64,000 nt of DNA, taken from NCBI GenBank assembly GCA_964016885.1, contig OZ024763.1, positions 25,606,001 through 25,670,000 of the forward strand, written 5' to 3'. Source of the stretch: Eledone cirrhosa (taxonomy: Eukaryota). This document shows, piece after piece, positions 1 through 12,445 of the stretch. Numbering within the stretch: the first letter of the stretch is position 1; the number at the start of each line of letters is the position of its first letter. Both the position numbers and the translations under genes were made by a program. The notes under the pieces were generated by a model. The model was not told the DNA's origin. It saw nothing but the letters and a program-made list of their open reading frames with translations, and did not search any database.

Positions 1-1273
1 TAAGAAAGGAGTGATGCTAAAGCTGTGAAATCGTGCATGCATTAATTTCAACTCTTCTTATTAATAACTGTTCAATAATTGTTTCTTTCCAGGGACTATG
101 TTGAAAAATAAACCTCATTTGGCCATTCCATGAGACTATCTTGGTCAGCCTGTGAAGGAGTGATGCGAGAGCTGTGAAATCGTGCATGCATTAATTTCAA
201 CTCTTCTTATTAATAACTGTTCAATAATTGTTTCTTTCCAGGGAGTATGTTTAAAAATAAACCTCATTTGGTCATTCCATGAGAGTATCTTGGTCAGCCT
301 TTGAACTTTACAGTCGACCCTCATATATATCAACATCACCATTTAATGTCCATTTTCCACACTATATATACATATATTTGAGAGTGAGCTTAAAAGTTCA
401 CAGGCTGACCAAGATACTCTCATGGAATGACTAAATGAGGTTTATTTTTCAACATAGTCCCTGGAAAGAAAAAAATGCAGTTTAGTATTTAAAACAGCCA
501 TATCTGGCCAGAATTCTCTCACCTCTTTCAGTTCAAATCGGCTGTAACCGGCTACTCATACTGATGTTAAGGTATTGTTCTCAAAATAATATCCAAGGAA
601 GTGAGAAAGAGATATAGAGAGGAGCCAGTATTAGACTGGTACTTTTTTTTATTGACCTCAGATGGATCCAAACACAAAACACAGAACTGGAAAGAGTACC
701 ACAAATCATTTTATCTGACGTTATAACTATACCAAATTGCTTTGTGGGTGTGTGTGTGTGTGTGTGTGTGTATTATCATCACCAAATTGCTTTGTGGGTG
801 TGTGTGTGTGTGTGTGTATTATCACCACCACTGTTTAACGTCCATTTCGCATGTAAACCAGCTGTATCCGGCCAGAAGTCTCTCACCTCTTTCAGTTCAA
901 ACCAGCTGTAACTAGCCACTCATACTGATGTTAAGGTAATGTTCTCAAAATAAATAATATCAAAATCTCATAGATTCGATATTATGTGAAATAACAATGT
1001 GAGGTAAAGCATTTACCATGAAAATATAATGGTATATATATAGAGTAATGTAAATGGTAAAGGGTTAATAAGAAGAATTGAAATTAATACATGCAAGATT
1101 TCATAGCTCTAGCATCACTCCTTCATAGCCAGCCAAAACAACACACAGAGAAACAGAAATTTTAAATCAAAGGTTCACAGTTCTGAAATCTTTAACCAAA
1201 ATATCAGTCATAACTAACTTTCTAAATAGAATTCCACAAGCAATAGAGATGTAGGAATTATATACACAAAGTA

Positions 1274-1320
<47 letters not shown>

Positions 1321-1417
1321 CGTGTGGGGGGGGGGGGGGGTATGTGTGTGTGTGCATATACATACATCACAAACGCAACAGGGCATAAATGCAGAATACA
1401 GTAAGATGGCACATATG

Positions 1418-1482
<65 letters not shown>

Positions 1483-1675
1483 ATATATGTATACATATAC
1501 ATGTATGAATACATATACATATGCTAGATAGACAGACACACAAACACACACACACACACACATATATATATGCACACGCATACATATACATACATACATA
1601 CACACACATATATACATATATACATCCACACACACATATATACATACACACACATATATACATACACACATACAT

Positions 1676-1706
<31 letters not shown>

Positions 1707-1745
1707 ATACATACACACATATATATATACAAAAACAAGTACATC

Positions 1746-1777
<32 letters not shown>

Positions 1778-2363
1778 AGCACATACATATGTATAATATA
1801 TCTATATACACACAAGCACATACATATATATATATATAAACATATATATAGACACACAAGCACATACATATATGTGTGTGTATATATATATATATATATA
1901 TACACACAAACACATACATACATATATATATATATACACACACACACACATATATTCATATAACAGAAACAAAGCATCTACATATAGAATGGGAGAATGG
2001 AAGAATGCAATAAGTGATGGCACCAGAAATACCATTGAGTCAAAGAAAGAATCCTTACTATTTATATTTAAGTAGTAAGATGTAAAGCAGGAAGAATATA
2101 TACACAATACATTCTTGAGAAGCTCATACCATGGGTTTCATGGCAGGGTGTCCTAATAATAAGGTCATGAAACCTCCCACGTAATAGAATATTGATGGTG
2201 GGGATCTGAAGGATATATACATATATATATATGCAAAAGTTTTATTTAAAATTGTTGGGTTACAACAAGTAAATATTTTATAACTGATATAAAGCACTCG
2301 ACAAGTTTTTGGAGTAGATATACGATATTAAACAAATGGAAACTATATTTATAAAACCATATT

Positions 2364-2429
2364 TATTTCATTATACATATTTCAGGGATACCATATTAAA
2401 AATATGGCATGCCTTCGTCAGATAAAATA
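2364..2429 (-). ncRNA. Minimal type-I hammerhead ribozyme (Penelope-type)
   Basis: Minus: stem I uauuuuau - CUGACGA - 14-bp imperfect stem II (aggcaugccauauu/aauaugguaucccu) - GAA-A - near-palindromic stem III (AUAUGUAU) - UA - stem I' augaaaua (8 bp, one G-U). Confidence 0.8.
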
Positions 2430-2554
2430 CAATATATAAACAGTTTTATAAATAATTTTGACGTACCATATTATAATCGACCATTATATTAGGAAGCTTC
2501 CTATGTATAATGAAATAAATATGGTTTTATAAATATAGTTTCCATTTGTTTAAT

Positions 2555-2648
<94 letters not shown>

Positions 2649-2651
2649 CAT

Positions 2652-2990
2652 GGAGGCACATGGCTTAGTGGTTAGACCATTGGCCTTGCAGCCAAAAGGT
2701 TGTGAGTTCAATTCTCAGACTGGGTGATGTGTTGTTTCCCTGAGCAAGACACTTTATTTCTCATTGCTCCAGTTTACTCAGCTGTAGAAATGAGATGATA
2801 GGACTGGGGTCCCTATCATTCCACTGCAAAGTGGTCTTGTAGGTGCCACGGAAAAAAAGCACCCAGCACTCACTGTAAATGAGGTTGGTGTTAGAAGGGC
2901 ATCCAGCTGTAGAAATAAAGCCAGAATCAGTTCCCATCCCACCCTTGCAAGCAGGGAAAAGTGGACATAAAATGATGATGATGATGATGA

Positions 2991-2993
<3 letters not shown>
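2652..2993 (+). mobile_element. SINE, same family as 4832-5170
   Basis: Colinear, highly similar full-length copy with a (gat)n tail. Confidence 0.8.
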
Positions 2994-3031
<38 letters not shown>

Positions 3032-3495
3032 ATGGTATGTCGTGTTCTTGAGAAAGTTGCTTCATTTCACATTGCTTTTCGTAATAAGACTGGGGGGGTC
3101 CCTATCATTAAAACACCCAAGAGAAATTCTACAAGATGCAACCCTGTTAGGGGGCCAGCTAAATTTGCATAGAAGGGAGCCATGTTAAGGGTTCAGTCCC
3201 TGCTCCATGAGACTATAATCAAGTGTCTTCGACTACAGCCTCAGTTTCATCAATGTCTTGTGAGTGGAAATTGGTAGATAATAACTGCAGAAGCCCGACG
3301 TGTGTGTCTATCGTCATCATTTCCGTTTAAACGTCAATTTTTCCACTATTACATGAGTTAGACAGGTCGTCCACACCAGGAAGCAAGTCCTGCCTTTGTT
3401 GGCCATGTGTCGCACCTTGCTCCAGCATGGACTGTAAATTTGGCTGGGTATTTTATAGCTGGATGCCCTTCCTAACACTAACCACATTTACACTG

Positions 3496-3564
<69 letters not shown>

Positions 3565-3842
3565 TCATATATGTATAATATATAAGTATGTAAGTATGTA
3601 TATGTGCGTGTTTGTGTATATATAGCTTATGAAAGAATGATGCTAGAGCTGTGAAATCTTGCATGCAATAATTTTCAACTCTTATTATTAATAATAACTG
3701 CCTTGTTTCCATCTAGGGACTATGTTGAAAAATAAACCTCATTTGGTCATTCCATGAGAGTATCTTGGACAGCCTATGAACTTTTCAGCCGGCCTACGTG
3801 TGTGTCTGTGTCTCTCTCTCTCTATATATATATATACACATA

Positions 3843-4032
3843 CAAGAATGTCAGCTGAAAAGTTCATAGGCTTACTATAAAGGACTGATGCTAGAGCTGT
3901 GAAATCTTGCATGCATTAATTTCAACACTTTTTATTAGTCAAGGGACTAAGTTGAAAAATATATGTCATTTGGTCATTCCATGAGAGTATCTTGGTCAGC
4001 TTATAAACTTTTCAGCCTCAGCCGACCCTCAT
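3843..4032. mobile_element. mariner-like MITE
   Basis: TIR-like gtcagctgaaaagttcataggct ... agcttataaacttttcagc...gaccctcata in TA context. Related copies at 1-325 (tandem), 380-470 and 3625-3797. Confidence 0.65.
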
Positions 4033-4831
4033 AAATCACACCCACAAAGTCATTTTATCCGACCGACGCTCTACCAATTCCACCAACCACCACCACCCTT
4101 CCGTTATTATTGATTCAGAAATCAGCCCAGCAATGTAACAACCAGATGGTGTTCGTTAAGCAATTAAACTATTCAATCATAATTTAATCAGTTTAAATCC
4201 CAGACTAATTAGCAAAGTTAAGTGTCCACCCCCCCCCCCCCTCCCATCCTTACCTCTCTCTTTTTTGTAACTCAGGTATCAAATAACGATATTTCACTGG
4301 AGAACATGGAAGACTCTATAACTGGAGTGAGGGGGAAGCAGGCCTTTTTTTTTTAATTCTATTATTTTTTTATTTATTTTTAAACTTATTTGTTTGTTTG
4401 TTCTTTGTTTAATTTTTTTTTTAGTGTGTGTGTGGGGGGGGGGGGGGATCAGGAAGTTGGCTTGAAGTTCTCAGCACCAAATCAAAGTTGGTTTTAAGAT
4501 TCTTTACATTCATGTTGTAAACCAATTCAAAAAAGAAAATAAAAAAAAAAAAAGGCTTTTATATTCAAACTTGTTCTACTTGCATTTTAAAAGGTCAGGG
4601 TGAGGATGGGATGAGAGGGGGGGATGTCGTTTAATCTGTCCATCATGGCTGCCTGCCCAACAATTTATGATGTGTGATTTTATATATTAAGTAAAGACAC
4701 CATCCATCCATCAACATCATTCAATACTATGGCACACTTTCGTACTGAATCCAAAATATGATTTCTATATTCTATTTACCATTTACTATCATAGAAAAGA
4801 ATTAACCCTTTAGCAATTACATGGCTTAGTA

Positions 4832-5170
4832 GGAGGCACATGGCTTAGTGGTTAAGAGCATTGGCCTTGCAATCGAAAGGTTGTGAGTTCAATTCTCAGA
4901 CCGGGTGATGTGTTGTTTCCTTGAGCAAGACACTTTATTTCACATTGCTCCAGTTTACTCAGCTGTAGAAATGAGATGATAGGGACTAGGGTCCCTATCA
5001 TTCCACTGCAAAGTAGTCGTGAAGGTGCCACGGCAAAAAAGCACCCAGCACTCACTGTAAATGAGGTTGGTGTTAGGAAGGGCATCCAGCTGTAGAAATC
5101 AAGCCAGCATCAGTTTCCGTCCCACCCTTGCAAGCAGGGAAAAGCGGACATAAAATGAAATGATGATGAT
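4832..5170 (+). mobile_element. tRNA-derived SINE with CORE-like domain and RTE-LINE-like 3' tail
   Basis: A box tggcttagtgg, B box gtgagttcaattc, CORE-like ccttgagcaagacacttt, tail ...gttaggaagggcatccagc...(gat)n resembling the LINE 3'UTR. Confidence 0.8.
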
Positions 5171-5184
5171 TTCTATATAGAAGT

Positions 5185-5434
5185 CGATCGACAAAATCCC
5201 AGACCATATTCGCTTAATGAGTGGGGTCGAGCTCGTCAAATCGGACTGAGGAAACAATATTTCCATTGGTCTTTCTAATTGCTAATACTATCTGTTGGTC
5301 GCAACTCCAGGCAGAAGGAACAACATGAAATAAAGTGTCTTGCTCAAGGACGTAACGCATCGCCCGGTCCGGGAATCGAAAACAAAACCTCACAATTGCA
5401 AACCCAATTCTCTAACCACTCAGCCACGCGCCTT
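5185..5434 (-). mobile_element. tRNA/CORE-like SINE with a different 3' body
   Basis: Head gcgcgtggctgagtggttagag...ttcgattcccgg plus ccttgagcaagacacttt. Other copies at about 46068-46310, 52690-52940 and 53000-53255. Confidence 0.7.
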
Positions 5435-5629
5435 CAGAATTACTCTATTTCACATTACTCTATATATACTAAAATAGGTGGCAAATTGGCAAAGTTGTTC
5501 GAACATCAGATAGAATGCTTTATAGTATTCATACTAGCTCTCTGCTCTCACTGAGGTCAACTTTGCCATTCATAAAAAAGTACCAGTCTAGTACTGGTGT
5601 TGATTCTTCCTCTATATCTCAAACACAAC

Positions 5630-8300
5630 TACTTTACAGTCCACACTGTAAAGTAGTGGTGTGGGTGTCACAACAAAAAGCACCCGGTCCACACTGTAAA
5701 GTGGTCGTGTAGGAGTCACAACAAAAAGCACCCAGTCCACACTGTAAAGTGGTGGTGTAGGAGTCACAACAAAAAGCACCCAGTCCACACTGTAAAGTAG
5801 TGGTGTGGGTATCACAACAAAAAGCACCCAGTCCACACTGTAAAGTAGTGGTGTAGGAGTCACAACAAAAAGCACCCAGTCCACACTGTAAAGTGGTGGT
5901 GTAGGTGTCACAACAAAAAGCACCCAGTCCACACTGTAAAGTAGTGGTGTAGGAGTCACAACAAAAAGCACCCAGTCCACACTGTAAAGTAGTGGTGTAG
6001 GAGTCACAACAAAAAGCACCCAGTCCACACTGTAAAGTAGTGGTGTAGATATCACAACAAAAAGCACCCAGTCCACACTGTAAAGTAGTGGTGTAGGAGT
6101 CACAACAAAAAGCACCCAGCCCACACTGTAAAGTAGTGGTGTAGGAGTCACAACAAAAAGCACCCAGTCCACACTGTAAAGTAGTGGTGTAGGTATCACA
6201 ACAAAAAGCACCCAGTCCACACTGTAAAGTAGTGGTGTAGGAGTCACAACAAAAAGCACCCAGTCCACACTGTAAAGTGGTGGTGTAGGTATCACAACAA
6301 AAAGCACCCAGTCCACACTGTAAAGTAGTGGTGTAGGTATCACAACAAAAAGCACCCAGTCCACACTGTAAAGTGGTGGTGTAGGTATCACAACAAAAAG
6401 CACCCAGTCCACACTGTAAAGTAGTGGTGTAGGTATCACAACAAAAAGCACCCAGTCCACACTGTAAAGTAGTGGTGTAGGTATCACAACAAAAAGCACC
6501 AGCCCACACTGTAAAGTGGTGGTGTAGGTATCACAACAAAAAGCACCAGCCCACACTATAAAGTGGTGGTGTAGGTATCACAACAAAAAGCACCAGCCCA
6601 CACTGTAAAGTGGTGGTGTAGGTATCACAACAAAAAGCACCAGCCCACACTGTAAAGTGGTGGTGTAGGTATCACAACAAAAAGCACCAGCCCACACTGT
6701 AAAGTGGTGGTGTAGATATCACAACAAAAAGCACACAGCCCACACTGTAAAGTGGTGGTGTTGGTATCACAACAAAAAGAGCCCAGTCCACACTGTAAAG
6801 TGGTGGTGTAGATATCACAACAAAAAGAGCCCAGTCCACACTGTAAAGTGGTCGTGTAGGAGTCACAATAAAAAGCACCCAGTCTACACTGTAAAGTGGT
6901 CGTGTAGATATCACAACAAAAAGAGCCCAGTCCACACTGTAAAGTGGTGGTGTAGGTATCACAACAAAAAGAGCCCAGTCCACACTGTAAAGTGGTCGTG
7001 TAGGAGTCACAACAAAAAGCACCCAGTCCACACTGTAAAGTAGTGGTGTAGGAGTCACAACAAAAAGCACCCAGTCCACACTGTAAAGTGGTGGTGTAGG
7101 TATTACAACAAAAAGTACCCAGTCCACACTGTAAAGTGGTGGTGTAGGTATCACAACAAAAAGCACCAGCCCACACTGTAAAGTAGTGGTGTTGGTATCA
7201 CAACAAAAAGCACCAGTCCACACTGTAAAGTGGTGGTGTAGGTATCACAACAAAAAGCACCAGCCCACACTGTAAAGTAGTGGTGTTGGTATCACAACAA
7301 AAAGCACCCAGTCCACACTGTAAAGTGGTCGTGTAGGAGTCACAACAAAAAGCACCCAGTCCACACTGTAAAGTGGTGGTGTAGATATCACAACAAAAAG
7401 CACCAGTCCACACTGTAAAGTAGGTATCACAACAAAAAGCACCCAGTCCACACTGTAAAGTGGTGGTGTTGGTATCACAACAAAAAGCACCAGCCCACAC
7501 TGTAAAGTAGTGGTGTAGGTATCACAACAAAAAGCACCCAGTCCACACTGTAAAGTAGTGGTGTTGGTATCACAACAAAAAGCACCCAGTCCACACTGTA
7601 AAGTGGTGGTGTTGGTATCACAACAAAAAGCACCAGCCCACACTGTAAAGTAGTGGTGTTGGTATCACAACAAAAAGCACCAGCCCACACTGTAAAGTAG
7701 TGGTGTTGGTATCACAACAAAAAGCACCCAGTCCACACTGTAAAGTGGTGGTGTAGGTGTCACAACAAAAAGCACCCAGTCCACACTGTAAAGTGGTGGT
7801 GTAGGTGTCACAACAAAAAGCACCCAGTCCACACTGTAAAGTGGTGGTGTAGGTGTCACAACAAAAAGCACCCAGTCCACACTGTAAAGTGGTGGTGTAG
7901 GTGTCACAACAAAAAGCACCCAGTCCACACTGTAAAGTGGTGGTGTAGGTATCACAACAAAAAGCACCCAGTCCACACTGTAAGGTGGTGGTGTAGGTAT
8001 CACAACAAAAAGCACCCAGTCCACACTGTAAAGTGGTGGTGTAGGTGTCACAACAAAAAGCACCCAGTCCACACTGTAAAGTGGTGGTGTAGGTGTCACA
8101 ACAAAAAGCACCCAGTCCACACTGTAAAGTGGTGGTGTAGGTATCACAACAAAAAGCACCCAGTCCACACTGTAAGGTGGTGGTGTAGGTATCACAACAA
8201 AAAGCACCCAGTCCACACTATAAAATGGTAGTATAGGAGTCACAACAAAAAGCACCCAGTCCACACTGTAAGGTGGTGGTGTAGGTGTCACAACCGAAAG
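5630..8300. repeat. 48-bp minisatellite (~55 copies, with 47-bp variants)
   Basis: Unit aaaaagcacccagtccacactgtaaagtagtggtgtaggagtcacaac; produces artefactual 16-aa repeat ORFs. Confidence 0.97.
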
Positions 8301-8453
8301 CAACCCACACACAACATGTGCGTTTATCTTCAATGTATTTATATAAACATCCAATTAGAATGTTAAAAATATTTTGAAGATAAACAACAAAATACACACT
8401 ACTACATCCACCACCACTACTACTACCACATCAGCTACCACTACTACAACTAC

Positions 8454-8504
<51 letters not shown>

Positions 8505-8527
8505 CAGTAGTAGTAGTGGTAGTAGTG

Positions 8528-8566
<39 letters not shown>

Positions 8567-8853
8567 ATAGTAGTGGTGGTAGTAGTAGTAGTAGTAATAC
8601 CACAACAACGACCACTGCTACTATTACCACCACTACGACACTAGTATTACTAGTATTACTACCACTACTACCATCACCACCACCAGTACTACTACCACCA
8701 CCACCAGTACTACTACCACCACTACTACTACCACCACTACCACTACTACCACCATGTTGTCAAAAACTTAATTCTGGTCACTCTTCACAAGAGATTCTGC
8801 CAAATATCCGAGTTGGAAATAATTTTCAGGAACACAGAAATGATTTATGCTGA

Positions 8854-8886
<33 letters not shown>

Positions 8887-9445
8887 TATATATATATATG
8901 TGTGTGTGTGTGTGCATGTGTATATATGTACGTATGTATATATGTTTATATGTGTGTATATAAGTATGTATCTATATATGTTTACATGTGCATATATGAA
9001 TGTGTATGTATGTATATATGTTTGTATGTATGTATGTATATATATATGTGTGTATGTATAAATGTTTGTATGTGTGTATGTGGATATATGTATATATGTT
9101 TTTATGTATATACGTTTTTTTATCTGTTTGTATGTGTATATATGTATATATGTGTACATAAGTGTACATAAGTGTGTACGTATATATATATATGTGCATG
9201 TATGTGTGTATGTATATATATATATATGTATGTATGTATTTAAGTGCATATATGTATATATTATCATCATTTAACGGCCACTTTCCCTGCTAGCACGGGT
9301 TAGATGGATCTATATAGACCAAGTCAGTATGTGTGTTTGTGTGTGTCTATATATATACATATATATAGATAAATGTGTGCATGTGAATGTATACGTGTAT
9401 GTGTGTATCCATATATATATATATGTTTATATATGTGTGTTTCTT

Positions 9446-9782
9446 GGTCAGTGTCCAAGTCTCAGACCCGTACAGCAGCACAGACTCCATCCACTACAGC
9501 AATGAAGAGGCGGATTTTCAGGTCTTTACGAAGGTCCAACTTCCACACCGATCTCAAGCTGTGGCACGCTGCCCAGGCCTTGCTCTTCCTCTCAACCACA
9601 TCATCTTCCGTATTCCCAATCTTTGCTCCCAAATACAGGAAGGTTAACGTATGTTGATGCCCTAAGGACAGACACTGGTCTGTTGGAGACGCAGGACATG
9701 GCAGCGATAATGAGGGACAGAGACCGCTGGAGAGACCTCGTCCATGGATCTCGGGAATTTTACCCGCCCTAGATAGATAGAT
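9446..9782. mobile_element. LINE fragment with 5' inversion
   Basis: About 9446-9650 reads on minus as FLYLGAKIGNTEDDVVERKSKAWAACHSLRSVWKLDLRKDLKIRLF. About 9645-9772 reads on plus as TYVDALRTDTGL...MRDRDRWRDLV with a (taga)n tail. A related 3' piece occurs at about 46645-46770. Confidence 0.7.
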
Positions 9783-10029
9783 GTGTGTGTGTGTGTGAAT
9801 GTGTATGCCTATATATATATATATTTATATGCATATATAAATATGCATATGTATGTATAAGCATGAAATTGCATCCCAGGCGGTGGTTGAAGAGGTCTAT
9901 AGATGCTGTTGCTCATTCCTCTTATCCAATTAACCATGTGGAAGTTTGCTTATATATATATACACACACACACACACATATATATATACTCACAAATGCC
10001 TGCACATACCACACATGCACACATCATCC

Positions 10030-10060
<31 letters not shown>

Positions 10061-10241
10061 TTAACATGTTTTCCCTCCTAGTAATGGTGTATATATGTAC
10101 GTATGTATCTATGTATGTGTGTGTATACATTCATATATTCATATGTGTGTGTGTAAATATATATACACATGTATATATGTATATGTATACATATATATGT
10201 ATGTATGTCTATGTGTATACATACATATAAACGTGTGTATG

Positions 10242-10305
<64 letters not shown>

Positions 10306-10383
10306 TGCATGTATGTATCTATATATGTGTTTGTGTATGTGTATGTATGGAAAGATATATATATATATATGTGTATGTATACA

Positions 10384-10432
<49 letters not shown>

Positions 10433-11819
10433 GTATGTAATCAACATTATCTGTCATATTATCAATAACAACAAAAAAGACAGCATTAAGACAACTCCCC
10501 CTACCCAGCAACAACAACAACAACAACAACACTATCACATGACCTCATTTATCAAAAGGCATTATCCAATCCTTGAGTCTTCTGACATTTTTTCCGCCAT
10601 CTTGATTCACATTTGTGTAAGTGTGTGTATAGATATATAAATATATATATACACACACATACATAAACGTGTACACACACACATACATATATACTTACAT
10701 ATATATATTCATACATCCATACACATACATACATCCATCCATACTGACATATACACACTCACATATATATATATATATACACATATTCATAGATATATAT
10801 ACACACACACACACATACATACATATATATATATATACACACACACATACATTTATGTATGCACACACACACAACCATCCATACTGACATATATACACAC
10901 ACACATATATGTATATATACACACATACATATATATATGCACACACACAGCCATCCAGCCATCCATATTGACATATATACTCACACATACATGCATATAT
11001 ACACACACACACATACATTTATATGTGCACACACACAGCCATCCATACAGACATATATACACACACACACACATACATATATAATACATACATACATACA
11101 TACATATATAATACATACATACACACATTCATATTCATACAAACACACATACTTAGAAACACACACAGATACATACATACATGCACACATACATACATAA
11201 ATAAATAAATACACACATACATACATACGTACACACACACACATATACATATATATATATATATATATAAACACACACATATACATATATACACACACAT
11301 ATTCTGATCCTAACAAGATCAATCTGTGTTCCACCTATCTTTCTCTTTACAGTTAAACAACCCCTTCATAGTATGAAAACCATAGACAGTGTCTTTTATT
11401 AGAAATATGGAAACGAAAGGGCTAAAATGTTTATATTTATCTAAAAACCTTCCCTTCCATCTTTATTTTAAATAAGAACCTTTGTTAAGTTATGTTCCAA
11501 ATACCAACTTAATAATGAGCAAGTTAGTTATATTACTTAATCTCTCCAAATCTAAATTATCAAAATTATTTGAAAACCATAGACAGTGCCTTTTATTAGA
11601 AATATGCTAACAAAAGAGTTAAAATGTTTATATTTATCTAAAAACCTTCCCTTCCATCTTTATTTCATATAAGAACCTTTGTTAAATTATGTTCCAAACA
11701 CCAGATAAATATTGAGAAAGTCATATTACTAAATCTCTCCAAATTCTTAATTATCAACAAAGTTATTTCAAAACTATAGACAGTGTCTTTTATTAGAAAT
11801 ATGGAAACAAAAGGGTTAA

Positions 11820-12031
11820 CCCTTTAGCATTTAAACCAGCCATATCCCAGCCAGAATTCTCTCATCACTTTCTGTTCAAACTGGCTGCTCATACTTATGT
11901 GAAAGTATTGTTCTCAAAATAAATAATATCAAAATCTTTTAGATTTGATATCATGTCAGATAATTATGTGAGATAAAGCATTTACTGCAAATTTATAATA
12001 GTATATATAGAGTAATGTAAATGCTACAGGG
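11820..12031. mobile_element. piggyBac-like MITE (family 1)
   Basis: TTAA|CCCTTTAGCATTTA ... TAAATGCTACAGGG|TTAA, 212 bp. Partial copies at about 480-590, 853-1068, 25520-25850 and 45940-46065. Confidence 0.8.
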
Positions 12032-12189
12032 TTAAAGTGTTTATATTTATCTAAAAACCTTCCATCATAATTTTATAGAAAAACCTTTGTTCAGTTATGT
12101 TCCAAACACCAACTTTATAATGAGAAAGTTAGTTATATAACTAAATCTTTCTAAATTCTTAATTATCATGAAAGTTATTATAAAATCTG

Positions 12190-12445
12190 TCATTGTACGT
12201 AAAAGGAGAGTAAGATTTGCTGGCCACTACCATCGTGCCACCTACGAGACTGTGTCCCCATTAGTGCTTTAGAAACCACAAGCAGTCACTAATAACAGGG
12301 GGAACAAGCTCTCCTATCCCGATGTCATCTGCAAAGATTCTGGTAATGAAATCCAGGACTTGGCAACAGCAATGAACGATAGACCCACGTGGAGATCAAT
12401 TGTTGAGTCCATTTCTGCTGAGGCTGCCGGATATTGATGATGATA
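12190..12445 (+). mobile_element. LINE (RTE-like) 3' fragment with (TGA)n tail
   Basis: RVRFAGHYHR...SYPDVICKDSG...LATAMNDRPTWRSIV followed by tgatgatga. Confidence 0.65.

Noticed and set aside
1167-1977. YI/CV/HT-repeat ORFs here and throughout the window
   Set aside because: Translations of (TA)n/(CA)n microsatellites.
4832-4905. tRNA gene-like sequence
   Set aside because: A/B boxes are present but it continues into a SINE body in multiple copies; no full cloverleaf.
5612-8354. Long Cys-rich 16-aa repeat ORFs (GAFCCDTYTTTLQCGL)
   Set aside because: Products of a 48-bp minisatellite; 47-bp variants break the frame and no splice or start context is evident.
10590-10605. YY1-like motif ccgccatctt / apparent ATG context
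   Set aside because: Isolated short motif; the ORF stops after about 12 codons and there is no other promoter evidence.
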